Below are positions 20,486 through 30,686 of a DNA stretch of 64,000 bases, piece after piece. A program made the translations under genes and the position numbers. Position 1 is the stretch's first letter; every line of letters starts with the position of its first letter. Origin of the DNA: Rickettsiales bacterium (GTDB taxonomy: Bacteria; Pseudomonadota; Alphaproteobacteria; Rickettsiales; JALZUV01); contig JAQXAR010000014.1 of NCBI GenBank assembly GCA_029252805.1, positions 4,198 to 68,197 of the forward strand, given 5' to 3'. The notes under the pieces are model-generated. The model had not been told where the DNA came from. It saw only the letters and a list, made by a program, of their open reading frames with translations, and made no database searches.

Positions 20486-23134
20486 ATGACTCAATATGTA
20501 TATAGCTTTGGTCCCAAAGGTTCAGAAGGTGCTGCAAGCATGAAAAGCCTGCTGGGTGGTAAAGGCGCTAACTTGGCGGAAATGGCAAACCTTGGTTTAC
20601 CGGTGCCTCCCGGACTCACTATTACAACGGAATGCTGTAGAGCTTATAATGATGGCGGCAATACCCTACCCGCTGGCGTGATGGATAGTGTGATGGAAGC
20701 ACTTGCTAAAGTTGAAGGAATTACTGGCAAGCAATTCGGCGGAGATGATCCACTCCTCCTTTCGGTTCGCTCAGGCGCGGCAGTCTCTATGCCCGGCATG
20801 ATGGATACGGTTTTGAACCTAGGCCTCAACACGATGACGGTTGAGGCATTGGCCAATAAAGCAGGCGATGCTCGTTTCGCATGGGATAGCTACCGTCGTT
20901 TCATTCAGATGTTTGCGGATGTGGTACTTGAGCTCGATAGTTTCACTTTTGAACAAATGCTGGATGAGAAGAAGCTCATGCTCGGCATTGTTGAAGATAC
21001 AGCTCTAAGCGCCGAGGATTTACAAGATCTCGCTAATGAGTTCATGCAAGTGGTTGCAGACGAAACAGGCAAGCCTTTCCCGCAAGACCCGCGTGAGCAG
21101 CTCGAAATGGCAATCCGTGCTGTATTTAATAGCTGGATGAACCCACGCGCGATCACCTACCGTGATATTCACGAAATTAGCGGCCTTGCCGGAACGGCTG
21201 TGACGGTCCAAGCGATGGTATTTGGTAACCGTGGCGATGATTGTGCGACGGGCGTCGCCTTTACGCGCAATCCTTCCACAGGTGCGGCAGGCATCTTTGG
21301 TGAGTATCTCATCAATGCACAAGGTGAGGACGTCGTTGCCGGTATCCGCACTCCGTTGCCGATTGCTCAAGCCGCTGAAACGGAAACAGAAACCGGCAAA
21401 TCTATGGAAGCGGTGATGCCGGAACTCTTTAGAGAGTTTCTAGCATTGGCAGAAAAACTCGAAGCGCATTATCGTGATATGCAAGATATCGAATTCACGA
21501 TTGAAAAAGGCCAGCTATGGATGCTGCAAACACGTAACGGCAAACGTTCTGCGGCTGCGGCTGTATCGCTTGCTGTTGCTTTCGCTAATGCCGGTATCAT
21601 CACACAAGCTGAGGCGGTGAAGCGTGTCGACGCTCTCTCGCTCGAGCAACTCCTTCACCCAATGATTGATCAAAATGCAGAAATTACTGTGCTGGGTCGT
21701 GGGCTGCCCGCCTCTCCGGGAGCGGCCTGTGGTAAGATTGTCTTTGATGCGGAAGAGGCACACGAAGCAGCAGCCAATGGCGAGTCCGTTATTTTGGTAC
21801 GTGAAGAAACCAGCCCTGAAGATATTCAAGGCATGCATGCAGCGATGGGAATTCTCACCGCACGTGGCGGCATGACCTCGCACGCAGCCGTTGTGGCGCG
21901 TGGTATGGGGAAACCATGCGTCTGTGGCGCGAGCAGCCTGCGCATCAATGAAGCGGCTGGCACGCTTGTTCTTGCGAATGAAACACTCAGAAAAGGGGAT
22001 ATCATTACATTGGATGGCAGTAAGGGCGAAATCTACGCCGGTGAATTGCCAATGGCGGCACCTGCCCTTTCTGATGATTTTGAAACTCTAATGGGGTGGG
22101 CAGATTCGCACCGTACCTTGCAAGTGCGTGCGAATGCAGAAACGATTGAAGACATCCAAACCGCCCTTGAATTTGGTGCTGAGGGGATTGGCCTTTGCCG
22201 TACCGAGCATATGTTCTTCCAACCTGAGCGTATTACGGCCATGCGTGGTTATATCCTCGCTGAAGATGAAAATTTGAAAGCAAGACTTCTAACGCAGCTC
22301 GCTGAATTCCAAAAGCATGACTTTAAAGCCATCTTTGAACTAATGCGCGAGAAGCCCGTAACCGTTCGCTTGCTGGACCCTCCTTTGCACGAGTTCTTAC
22401 CTCATGATGCAGCATCACTGGCCGAAGTGGCGAAGCTCACTGGCCTCTCGGCTGAGATTCTAGAAAAACGCACTGAAGCACTCTCAGAGACGAACCCAAT
22501 GCTCGGGCACCGTGGTGTGCGCCTAGGGATGACTCACCCTAAGCTGTATGAAGCACAAATTCGTGCGATTCTTGAAGCCGCGATTGAAACCGGTGAAGAA
22601 GTGGTGCCAGAAATTATGGTGCCCCTCGTGATGTCGACGGAAGAGCTACGTATTCTACGCGACGTGACCCGCGATATTGCCGATCAGCTAGGCACTCAAA
22701 ATTATCTATTCGGTACGATGATCGAGCTTCCAGGCGCAGCCTTGATTGCTGATGAGTTGGCCGAAATTGCAGATTTCTTCAGCTTCGGCACCAACGACCT
22801 CACGCAAACGACCCTTGGTATGTCACGCGATGATACCGGCGCGCTCCTGCAGAAATACCGTGATTTAGGCATTATTGACCGCGACCCCTTCATGGCACTC
22901 GACCAAGCTCGCGTCGGTAAACTCGTGCAATTAGCGACTGAAAAGGCTCGAGCCGTGAAACCGGATATCAAGCTAAGTGTGTGTGGTGAACAAGGCGCTG
23001 ACCCAGAAAGCATTGCTTTCTGCCATCGCATTGGCCTCGATACTGTTTCATGCTCGCCTTACCGTGTGCCTGTAGCCCGCCTAGCAGCCGGCCAGAACAC
23101 CGCAGATGAAGCAAGCAAAGCCGCGGCGGCCTAA
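20486..23134 (+). CDS. ppdK: Pyruvate, phosphate dikinase
   Basis: 'GGKGANLAEM', phosphohistidine region 'GGMTSHAAVVARGMGKPCV', and 'CGEQGADPES'. 882 aa. Confidence 0.97.
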   Translation: MTQYVYSFGPKGSEGAASMKSLLGGKGANLAEMANLGLPVPPGLTITTECCRAYNDGGNTLPAGVMDSVMEALAKVEGITGKQFGGDDPLLLSVRSGAAVSMPGMMDTVLNLGLNTMTVEALANKAGDARFAWDSYRRFIQMFADVVLELDSFTFEQMLDEKKLMLGIVEDTALSAEDLQDLANEFMQVVADETGKPFPQDPREQLEMAIRAVFNSWMNPRAITYRDIHEISGLAGTAVTVQAMVFGNRGDDCATGVAFTRNPSTGAAGIFGEYLINAQGEDVVAGIRTPLPIAQAAETETETGKSMEAVMPELFREFLALAEKLEAHYRDMQDIEFTIEKGQLWMLQTRNGKRSAAAAVSLAVAFANAGIITQAEAVKRVDALSLEQLLHPMIDQNAEITVLGRGLPASPGAACGKIVFDAEEAHEAAANGESVILVREETSPEDIQGMHAAMGILTARGGMTSHAAVVARGMGKPCVCGASSLRINEAAGTLVLANETLRKGDIITLDGSKGEIYAGELPMAAPALSDDFETLMGWADSHRTLQVRANAETIEDIQTALEFGAEGIGLCRTEHMFFQPERITAMRGYILAEDENLKARLLTQLAEFQKHDFKAIFELMREKPVTVRLLDPPLHEFLPHDAASLAEVAKLTGLSAEILEKRTEALSETNPMLGHRGVRLGMTHPKLYEAQIRAILEAAIETGEEVVPEIMVPLVMSTEELRILRDVTRDIADQLGTQNYLFGTMIELPGAALIADELAEIADFFSFGTNDLTQTTLGMSRDDTGALLQKYRDLGIIDRDPFMALDQARVGKLVQLATEKARAVKPDIKLSVCGEQGADPESIAFCHRIGLDTVSCSPYRVPVARLAAGQNTADEASKAAAA

Positions 23135-23180
23135 AGGATAACATTCATCAAATCGTAACATTCGCGTGTTAATTTGAATA

Positions 23181-23987
23181 ATGGGTTACAAGACAACAAG
23201 GTTAACCACGAAGCATGCACCTAACCTGTTAAGTGCTATTCATGACTTTTGTAAAAAAGGCGGCGCTCAATTTGGTGATGTCGCACGCATCGACAAAGAT
23301 ACATATACTAGCGGCCTCGATTGGAGCATGGGGGTTAATTCTCTGGATGGAAATAAGCTATTCCTTGGCAAGCAACTCCTCAAAATATTGAAGTATGAAC
23401 AAGATAGTGATGGAGTAAGTGATGAACTGACAGCCGCACTTTATCACGAACTCGCTCACATAAAATACAAAGACGGAAACAAAAGTCTTATTGCTTATTT
23501 TGCACCTTTTGCAGGTGCAGCCATTGGAATCTTGGCGATGAGTATGGTCGAAAAGAACCAAGAAAAGGTGCAAAAAAAAGAGCTTGAAGAACAATTATCC
23601 GAAGCTAGTCCTGAGGAAGCAAAACAGCTACTTGAGCAAAAACGAGAAGACAAAAATAGTTTCATAAGTGGTGTAAAAAGAGCTGCTAAGTACGTTGCCG
23701 CCGCTACTCTCGGCTTAGGAACGGGGTTTACCATCGGTGCAGTTATCAATAACCGCATGGAATATAAAGCAGATAAATTTGCAGCAGACATGATGGGCTC
23801 TCCCAAACCAATGATCAGCACGCTGAAAACTCATCAAGCGGGGGTGGCAGCAGAAATGCGCAACAGGTCAAAAATGGGGAAATCAACCTTTGATCGGCTG
23901 CAAAGCGTGATGGAACGCCTATTCCACGCACCTATGAACAATCGGATTGAGAGACTTGAGGCGATGGACAAAGGTAGAGGGCGTTAA
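23181..23987 (+). CDS. M48 (HtpX/Ste24)-like zinc metalloprotease homolog with atypical architecture
   Basis: HExxH 'YHELAHIKY', two predicted TM helices flanking a charged coiled segment, downstream 'EYKADKFAADMMG' (third-ligand Glu region), and C-terminal 'HAPMNNRIERLE' resembling the M48 'HPP..RI..L' tail. Confidence 0.6.
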   Translation: MGYKTTRLTTKHAPNLLSAIHDFCKKGGAQFGDVARIDKDTYTSGLDWSMGVNSLDGNKLFLGKQLLKILKYEQDSDGVSDELTAALYHELAHIKYKDGNKSLIAYFAPFAGAAIGILAMSMVEKNQEKVQKKELEEQLSEASPEEAKQLLEQKREDKNSFISGVKRAAKYVAAATLGLGTGFTIGAVINNRMEYKADKFAADMMGSPKPMISTLKTHQAGVAAEMRNRSKMGKSTFDRLQSVMERLFHAPMNNRIERLEAMDKGRGR

Positions 23988-24018
23988 TTAACACAGGCTT
24001 CTTCCCTTAGGACGCTGC

Positions 24019-25740
24019 CTAGATATCCGCGAAAATGTGAGTTTCTTCCTTACCGCCGGGATGCGTGACTGCACCTTTCTCTGCTGTACCCACCGTCTGC
24101 GCATATTTCCATAACGCACCAGAATTATAATCCGTCTTGCGGGTTTGCCATTTCTCACGACGTATCGCAAGTTCATCTGCGGTAAGTTCTACATCCAAGC
24201 GGCGCGTATCCGCATCGATCGTGATGATATCACCATTCTCAATCAGGCCAATCGGCCCACCTTCCGCTGCTTCAGGCCCCACATGGCCGATACAGAAGCC
24301 GCGGGTGCCGCCACTAAAGCGACCGTCGGTAATGAGTGCGACACTCTCGCCCTCGCCTTGTCCGTAAATCGCTGCCGTTGTCGAAAGCATCTCGCGCATT
24401 CCCGGTCCACCTTTGGGGCCTTCGTAACGAATGACGATCACCTCGCCTTGCTTATATTCGCGTTTTCCAACCGCTTCGAATGCATCTTCTTCACAATCGA
24501 ATACACGTGCGGGTCCCGAGAATTGACGAGCCTTTAAGCCGGCCACTTTTACGATGGCACCTTCAGGCGCAAGATTGCCTTTGAGCGTCACAACGCCACC
24601 GGTTGGCGCGAGCGGTTTATCATGTGGGTAAACGACGTCTTGCCCATCCGGCCATGTCACATTTGCTAGATTTTCTGCCATGGTTTTACCGGTCACCGTC
24701 ATGCAATCACCATGTAAATAACCGCCTTCTAGTAGCGTTTTAAGCACAATTTGCACCCCACCCACTTCGAAAAGGTCTTTGGCAACATATTTACCGCCCG
24801 GTTTTAAATCTGCTAAATAAGGCGTGCGATCAAAGATTGCGCCGACCTCATGCAAATCAAACTCAATGCCACACTCATGCGCCAGTGCAGGTAAATGCAA
24901 ACCAGCATTCGTTGAGCCACCCGTTGCTGCAACAATTGCAGCGGCGTTCTCTAAGGATTTACGTGTGACGATATCGCGCGGTCGGATTTTATTTTTGATA
25001 AGATTCATCACGGCTTCACCCGAACGGAATGCATAATCATCACGTGATTCATATGAGGCTGGAGGGCCTGAAGAGCCCGGTAATGCTAGGCCAATCGCTT
25101 CAGAGACACAAGCCATCGTATTCGCCGTAAACTGGCCACCACATGACCCACCCGATGGGCAAGCGACTTTCTCTAACGCTTCGAGCTCTTCTAAACTCAT
25201 ATTACCGGCGGAATGCTGGCCAACACCTTCAAACACATCCACCACCGTCACCTCTTTGCCTTTATATTTGCCCGGTAGAATCGAACCGCCATAAAGGAAA
25301 ACAGAAGGCACGTTCAAGCGCACCATAGACATCATCAAGCCCGGTAAAGACTTATCACAGCCGGCGAGGCCCACAATCGCATCATAGCAATGGCCGCGCA
25401 TGGTGAGCTCAACCGAATCGGCAATAATATCGCGACTTACCAAAGAGGCCTTCATACCTTGATGTCCCATGGCAATGCCATCCGTCACCGTAATCGTTGT
25501 AAATTCACGAGGAGTTCCACCCGCCGCATGAACCCCCTTTTTCGCTACCTGTGCCTGACGGCCTAGCGTAATATTACAGGGTGCAGCCTCGTTCCATGTC
25601 GTCGCCACCCCAACTAAAGGCTGGTCAATTTCTTTTTTACCTAATCCCATCGCATAGAGATAACTACGGTGTGGCGCACGTTCAGGGCCTTGGGTTACAT
25701 GACGACTCACGAGTCGTGATTTGCCGAATTCTTTAGACAT
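24019..25740 (-). CDS. ilvD: Dihydroxy-acid dehydratase
   Basis: IlvD/Edd motifs '[10 protein letters not shown]' and '[14 protein letters not shown]'. 573 aa. Confidence 0.97.
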   Translation of the reverse strand: MSKEFGKSRLVSRHVTQGPERAPHRSYLYAMGLGKKEIDQPLVGVATTWNEAAPCNITLGRQAQVAKKGVHAAGGTPREFTTITVTDGIAMGHQGMKASLVSRDIIADSVELTMRGHCYDAIVGLAGCDKSLPGLMMSMVRLNVPSVFLYGGSILPGKYKGKEVTVVDVFEGVGQHSAGNMSLEELEALEKVACPSGGSCGGQFTANTMACVSEAIGLALPGSSGPPASYESRDDYAFRSGEAVMNLIKNKIRPRDIVTRKSLENAAAIVAATGGSTNAGLHLPALAHECGIEFDLHEVGAIFDRTPYLADLKPGGKYVAKDLFEVGGVQIVLKTLLEGGYLHGDCMTVTGKTMAENLANVTWPDGQDVVYPHDKPLAPTGGVVTLKGNLAPEGAIVKVAGLKARQFSGPARVFDCEEDAFEAVGKREYKQGEVIVIRYEGPKGGPGMREMLSTTAAIYGQGEGESVALITDGRFSGGTRGFCIGHVGPEAAEGGPIGLIENGDIITIDADTRRLDVELTADELAIRREKWQTRKTDYNSGALWKYAQTVGTAEKGAVTHPGGKEETHIFADI

Positions 25741-25758
25741 AATAACCTCTGATAGGTG

Positions 25759-27171
25759 TTAGTAAGGTTGATATTTCGCCATACGTTGCGCGGATTTCCC
25801 CGTTGCTTGATAATAACCAAGCGTTTGCATCATCGGCTGATCGCGACGAGCAACAGCGATGGCCATCGGGGTGACACCACTCATATCGTTCACGTAGGAA
25901 TTTGCACCAGCACGTAGCAGAATAGTTACCATATCTTGGCGGCCTAAAAAGACTGCGCGATGTAATGGTGTTGCTCCGTAACGATCTTGATGACTAGGGT
26001 TTGCTCCTAAAGCAAGAACCAGTTGCAATGTGGTAGTTGCGCCTGCTTTAACGGCATGCATCGCGAGGTCTTCACCCTTGGTATTCACAAGTGAAATAGG
26101 GACCCCTGTACGCAAGATAGCTCGTACGGCATCCGCATCATTGGCGCCAACAGCACCAAACATGTGCGCTTCGATCTCTTTCTTATACATGGCGTGCGGC
26201 AAGTGACGATTCGCGTTACTATATTGCTTATGATAAATTCTCGGAGGTAATTTTTGCGTTTTGAAGTTACGTGGCCACACCACTCGACGACTATCTCCGT
26301 CAGAGGCAATATCACCCAAATCGGCGCCATCCTCATCATAAACATCACCACTATTGATTTCTTTATCAATCAGGTCTGCTAGGCTTGTGCCATCATCTAA
26401 CTCTTTATCCGCTATTACTTTTTTAACGGGTGGTTTCGTTGCTACTTTTTCTTCTTTTTGACGATCTTGCGGCAGTGGCTTAAGCGATGGCAAAGCCTCG
26501 TCTGTCATCCAACTCGGCAACATATCCGCTAGCTCAGAACTAATAGGCTTCTCGTCAGGTAATTCTGGAGGCCCCAAATCCGCTACACCTTCAGGCTCTT
26601 TTACGGCATCTGCATTTGCTGGTTTTGCCATTTCTATATCAGGAACAGCAGCTGTTTCACTAAAGCTTGGGATAGCGGGTAGAGCCGGTAGCTCTGGCGC
26701 TTCCAGCATATCTGCAATTTCAGCATCTGGATTGACAACTGGCGCTTCCAATTCGGGCATATCTGGTAACTCTGGTGCTGCTTGAGCGACGGTGGCTCCT
26801 TCTGGAGGTACAGGCAATGCAGCAGGATCAAACAACCCAAAATCTGGCATTGCAATATCATTGCCAGCAGGTAACTCAGGCACGGCAAACATATCCTCTG
26901 ATGCAACGTCATTTGCTGCAGGGAGAGGAGGCATTTGCGGCACTTCAGGATTAGCAGCGACAGGAGTTTCTATGGCAGGAGCTTCTACAACAGCAGGGGG
27001 AGAAGCTAGCTCTGGTGCTGCGACCTGCATCCCAGGCAATGGAGGCAATGGCGGTAATGCAGGCAGACCTTGTGCTGCCACAAGCGTTGGCATAAAAGCA
27101 GCGATCATCATCCACGGAAACATTTTTGCAACCTTCTGAAAATGCGCATTATTTTTGTTTTTCTTATGCAT
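25759..27171 (-). CDS. Secreted/periplasmic ankyrin-repeat protein with a long proline-rich 'PELP' repeat region (alternative start 27123)
   Basis: Signal peptide 'MFPWMMIAAFMPTLVAAQG'. About 200 aa of P/E/A-rich degenerate repeats ('APELPDMPELEAP', 'APELPALPAIP'). C-terminal ANK repeats ('GATPLHRAVFLGRQDMVTILLRAGAN'). Confidence 0.8.
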   Translation of the reverse strand: MHKKNKNNAHFQKVAKMFPWMMIAAFMPTLVAAQGLPALPPLPPLPGMQVAAPELASPPAVVEAPAIETPVAANPEVPQMPPLPAANDVASEDMFAVPELPAGNDIAMPDFGLFDPAALPVPPEGATVAQAAPELPDMPELEAPVVNPDAEIADMLEAPELPALPAIPSFSETAAVPDIEMAKPANADAVKEPEGVADLGPPELPDEKPISSELADMLPSWMTDEALPSLKPLPQDRQKEEKVATKPPVKKVIADKELDDGTSLADLIDKEINSGDVYDEDGADLGDIASDGDSRRVVWPRNFKTQKLPPRIYHKQYSNANRHLPHAMYKKEIEAHMFGAVGANDADAVRAILRTGVPISLVNTKGEDLAMHAVKAGATTTLQLVLALGANPSHQDRYGATPLHRAVFLGRQDMVTILLRAGANSYVNDMSGVTPMAIAVARRDQPMMQTLGYYQATGKSAQRMAKYQPY

Positions 27172-27275
27172 TTGAATGTTATTCTATACAAGCTAACAAA
27201 GGCTGACTATCTAAAAGTTAAGTCTTGGGGAAATAAAATAAAATAGGTAAATATTTCACTACCTTAGGCATGCAA

Positions 27276-28034
27276 TTATTCTGCTAGTTTTTTAACTTCT
27301 TTTTGCACGACTCGCTCAACAACCGCCGGAAGGTTTTCATCCAACCATGCTTTTAGCATTGGGCGCATTGCTTCGATCATCAGATCTTCAACGCTCGTAC
27401 CAGAGCGCATCGCTAAGCCATCAGAATGTTCTGATGCTGCAGCCGCTTGTTGTTTGACTTCATCAAAAATAGCGGCGGTCGCAGCGGCAGGGCCCTCTGA
27501 AATCAATGTACCGTCATCTTCCATCGGTTCGAATGTCTCTACGGCCGGCGCTTCCTCAGGAAGGTCCGTGCTATCCTCTAGCATTGCATCAAGATCGCCA
27601 AAAATATCGTCTTCTTCTGCGGTATCTTCTTCAACCGCAAGCGTATTATCCATCTCAGGCTCATCTTCAAGAATTTCTGTTAATTCCAAAATATCGGAAT
27701 CATCATCCTCTTCTTCTTCGATTTCCGGCTCAACTACTGGCTCAGGTTCTGGTACTGGTGCTTCTTCTTCCGCAAGAATCATCTCAATTTCATCAGAATC
27801 AGCATCTGCTGCGATTTCCGGCTCAATTTCTGGCTCGAGCTCGGGTTCTGGCATTTCTTCAACAGGTTCTTCCACGACTTCATTTTCTTTAGGCTCGGGC
27901 TCTTCAGCCACGACTTCCTCTGAAGTGTCAACCTCCTGCTCATCTTCGGTGATAATACGACGAATCGACTGGAGAATTTCCTCCATCGACTGATCTTCGC
28001 CTTCTGTAGCCTCTGCTGCTTCCGTGTCGCTCAT
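27276..28034 (-). CDS. popZ: PopZ-like polar organizing protein (DUF2497 family)
   Basis: N-terminal 'SMEEILQSIRRIITEDE' matches the PopZ N-terminal helix. Followed by a long acidic Pro/Glu linker and the conserved C-terminal 'MRPMLKAWLDENLPAVVERVVQKEV'. Adjacent to tolC, as in many alphaproteobacteria. Confidence 0.78.
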   Translation of the reverse strand: MSDTEAAEATEGEDQSMEEILQSIRRIITEDEQEVDTSEEVVAEEPEPKENEVVEEPVEEMPEPELEPEIEPEIAADADSDEIEMILAEEEAPVPEPEPVVEPEIEEEEDDDSDILELTEILEDEPEMDNTLAVEEDTAEEDDIFGDLDAMLEDSTDLPEEAPAVETFEPMEDDGTLISEGPAAATAAIFDEVKQQAAAASEHSDGLAMRSGTSVEDLMIEAMRPMLKAWLDENLPAVVERVVQKEVKKLAE

Positions 28035-28076
28035 ACCATCCCTGCGATTTTTTCTTATTATAACAGTTCTTTTTTC

Positions 28077-29696
28077 CTAAAAGCCAATAAATTGATACTC
28101 TGTATCATCATAATAGCCTTCTGCGTCATACAGAGGCACATCTAAACCCATATTTTCTGCTGTCAAGCGTCCTAGTACTGCTAAAACAGAATAAGCCGCA
28201 ACGACTTCATTACGTTCTGCGATGACTAACTGCACCTCAGTATTGAACAATTCACGCTCAGCATCGAGCACATCAAGTGTCGTACGCGAACCATACTGTT
28301 GCTCTTGGCGCACCCCTTCAAGCGCGACTTGCGCCGCTTCAATCGCTAATTTATTTGATTTAATCGTTGCGGTCGCGGCCTGTAGATCTTCCCACGCTCC
28401 TACGGCCTGGCGACGCACTTGATTCTTCACATCAACCAATTGAAAACGACTCTGTTGGTAAGTTTCCTTCGCTTGACGAATTTGCGAATAGCGAGCTCCC
28501 CCTGCAAAAAGAGGTAATGTCGCGGATACCACCACTCCATCTCGATCAAAGTCAGTGGTTCCAAACGTCCCCGCTCCTTCTTGACGGCTCATCGTGCCCT
28601 CAAGATTAACAGAGGGTAGCAATGTACCTATATTCGCATTCACATTATAATCGGCTGCTTCGGTAGCAAACTTAGCTTCTTGAACGATTGGGCTATACTC
28701 TAACGCCAACGCAATAAAATGCTCTAAGCTTTTAGGGGCTTCTGGAAGCTTTCTGGGTGGTGCCATAGAGGTAGGTTGCTCTCCCACCACCTCAAAGTAA
28801 ATTGCTTTTGCAGACTCTAGCTGGCCTTTGCTATTAATCACATCCGATTCCGCCAAGGCTAAGCGCGCTTCTGACTGAGCGACATCCGTGCGTGTATCTT
28901 CGCCTACTTCAAACCGTTGCGTCGCAGCCTCGCGCTGACGATCCAAAACAGCGCGATTTTTCTTACTTAATTCGAATACCGCATGGGTGCGCACTACTTC
29001 GACATAGGCCGTAATCGCTTGCAGTAAGACGCCCTGCTCCACCTGCGTTAGACGTTCCATCGCAGCGTCAACCTGTCGGCGAGCCGCTTTCGTATTGGCA
29101 TAGGTCGTGCCTCCTCGGAAGAGTGGCTGCACCACGGAGAGTGACTTTAGCTGCGAGTCTGTACTTGACCAAGTCGTCCCTGGGGTTTGTGTGCGCTGGC
29201 GCCCCCTGCTGTAAGAAAGGTTAGCACTTGGAAGTGCGCCGGCTAATGCTTGCGGCACCCGTTCAACCGTTCCTTGAAAAGCGCGTCTTTGGGCTTCCAG
29301 CTCAGGGTTCTTATTATAGGCTCTTGAGAGTGCGCCCTTCAAGGCGTTATCTAATGGATACTTTCGAACCTCGGGTTCTTTTATGGTTGTCACAACCGCT
29401 TCTTCTGTTGTCGTAACCACTTCTTCAAGCGCTTCGATGATCGGTTCTTGAACCTTCTCTACAATAGGCTCTTCTACAATCGCTTCAGCTGCTATGGCCT
29501 CAGCAATGACTTCAGCCGCTTCTGCTGCGGTTAAAGGAGTCTCTGCTTCCATCTCAAGCAATATTTCGGCTTCTTCAGCAGCGGAGATAACCTCGCCTTC
29601 CAGAATCACTTCTGGTTGAATGGTTTGCGCATGTAGAGGGGCCGCAGCAAGTAAACAACTCGCCATTAAAAGGTAACTATATCGTGAAAGGTTCAT
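28077..29696 (-). CDS. tolC: TolC-family outer membrane channel with an acidic N-terminal extension
   Basis: Signal peptide 'LLMASCLLAAAPLHA'. Two OEP repeat halves ('LKGALSRAYNKNPELEA', 'YSPIVQEAKF') and a C-terminal aromatic residue. Confidence 0.85.
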   Translation of the reverse strand: MNLSRYSYLLMASCLLAAAPLHAQTIQPEVILEGEVISAAEEAEILLEMEAETPLTAAEAAEVIAEAIAAEAIVEEPIVEKVQEPIIEALEEVVTTTEEAVVTTIKEPEVRKYPLDNALKGALSRAYNKNPELEAQRRAFQGTVERVPQALAGALPSANLSYSRGRQRTQTPGTTWSSTDSQLKSLSVVQPLFRGGTTYANTKAARRQVDAAMERLTQVEQGVLLQAITAYVEVVRTHAVFELSKKNRAVLDRQREAATQRFEVGEDTRTDVAQSEARLALAESDVINSKGQLESAKAIYFEVVGEQPTSMAPPRKLPEAPKSLEHFIALALEYSPIVQEAKFATEAADYNVNANIGTLLPSVNLEGTMSRQEGAGTFGTTDFDRDGVVVSATLPLFAGGARYSQIRQAKETYQQSRFQLVDVKNQVRRQAVGAWEDLQAATATIKSNKLAIEAAQVALEGVRQEQQYGSRTTLDVLDAERELFNTEVQLVIAERNEVVAAYSVLAVLGRLTAENMGLDVPLYDAEGYYDDTEYQFIGF

Positions 29697-29705
29697 TATT
29701 TATCC

Positions 29706-30380
29706 TTAGAAAGAGAATTCAGCTTTTGCTTTAAAATCGTCAAGAAGCGGGGTTGCTGCTTCAAATAAGATTTTCTTGTGAATATTATCGCCAATGCGTG
29801 TCCAGCAAACGGCTTGCCCGACTCCTGCCGTTCCATGTTGAGCTGCTGCCGAAGCCGCTTCAATCGCAATCACTTTGCCATTTTCAGCCAGCTGTTCAAA
29901 AATTTCCTGCGGTATTGTTGCAACACCGCCGTTGATAAAGACGATATCGTAAGGCGCCTTTAAACTATAGCCTCCAGCCACCGATGCACATAACAGTTGG
30001 ACGTCACCTTGAATATCACGCAAATTTTTGCGCGCGACCTCTGCCAACTCACCGACAGATTCAACAGCGACGACATTATTTGATAATTGCGAGAAAACCG
30101 CCGCCGAATAGCCTGTACCACAGGCAATATCGAGGATTCGGTCTGTTTTTTGGATATCCGCTTCTTGCACTAAACGAGCAAAAATTCGTGGTTCCATCAG
30201 GAAACGTCCATGGCCGAGCGGGATATCTTCATCAATATAGGCAGTTTCCGCAAATGCTTTCGGGACGAATTTTTCACGTGAAGTGGCTTCAATCGCAGCA
30301 AGAAGACGCGATGCGCTCACCCCTGATGGCTCAAGCTGATTGGTAATCATATTAACACGGGCTTGTGTAGAATAAGCCAT
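29706..30380 (-). CDS. pcm: Protein-L-isoaspartate O-methyltransferase-like SAM-dependent methyltransferase
   Basis: SAM motif 'ILDIACGTGYSAAV'. ATG at 30380 is preceded by GGAGA; the track ORF extends to 30434. Conserved pcm-tolC neighbourhood. Confidence 0.78.
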   Translation of the reverse strand: MAYSTQARVNMITNQLEPSGVSASRLLAAIEATSREKFVPKAFAETAYIDEDIPLGHGRFLMEPRIFARLVQEADIQKTDRILDIACGTGYSAAVFSQLSNNVVAVESVGELAEVARKNLRDIQGDVQLLCASVAGGYSLKAPYDIVFINGGVATIPQEIFEQLAENGKVIAIEAASAAAQHGTAGVGQAVCWTRIGDNIHKKILFEAATPLLDDFKAKAEFSF

Positions 30381-30527
30381 AGAAAATTTCTCCCATATAA
30401 AGATAGCCTGTCCTAGCAAGCTTTGGCGAACCATGCCACAAAAACATGCCCTGTCTACATGTTATAGATAAAATTAGTCATTTTATGCTTGTCTGGAACA
30501 CCCAGATGCGTTCTAAAAAGCACGCGA

Positions 30528-30601
30528 GGCTAGGTAGCAAAGTGGTAATGCAAGGGACTGCAACTCCCTCATCGTCGGTTCGATTCCGACCCTGGCCTCC
30601 A
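30528..30601 (+). tRNA. tRNA-Cys (anticodon GCA)
   Basis: Folded by hand. The acceptor GGCTAGG pairs with CCTGGCC, including one G-U pair. Anticodon stem AGGGA/TCCCT with loop CTGCAAC. T-arm GTCGG-TTCGATT-CCGAC. 3' CCA is encoded. A T-run (GTTTTTTATTTTT) follows immediately. Confidence 0.9.
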
Positions 30602-30686
30602 GTTTTTTATTTTTAGGCTTTGCTTCTTGCACCAGAAAAGGTAAACGTGGCGTAATAAATTAAGAATAAAAGGCAGGGGTTTTACG

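Noticed and set aside
27454-27993. Ser-rich 179 aa and 128 aa ORFs antisense to popZ
   Set aside because: These are a mirror image of GAA/GAG/CCA-rich acidic linker codons. They have no start context or motifs. The sense strand carries the conserved PopZ termini.
30381-30686. tRNA-Cys as a possible integration hotspot or genomic island border
   Set aside because: There is no integrase, no phage or IS gene, and no repeat of the tRNA 3' end that I could spot nearby. Both flanks (pcm-tolC and the SPOR protein) look like core genes.
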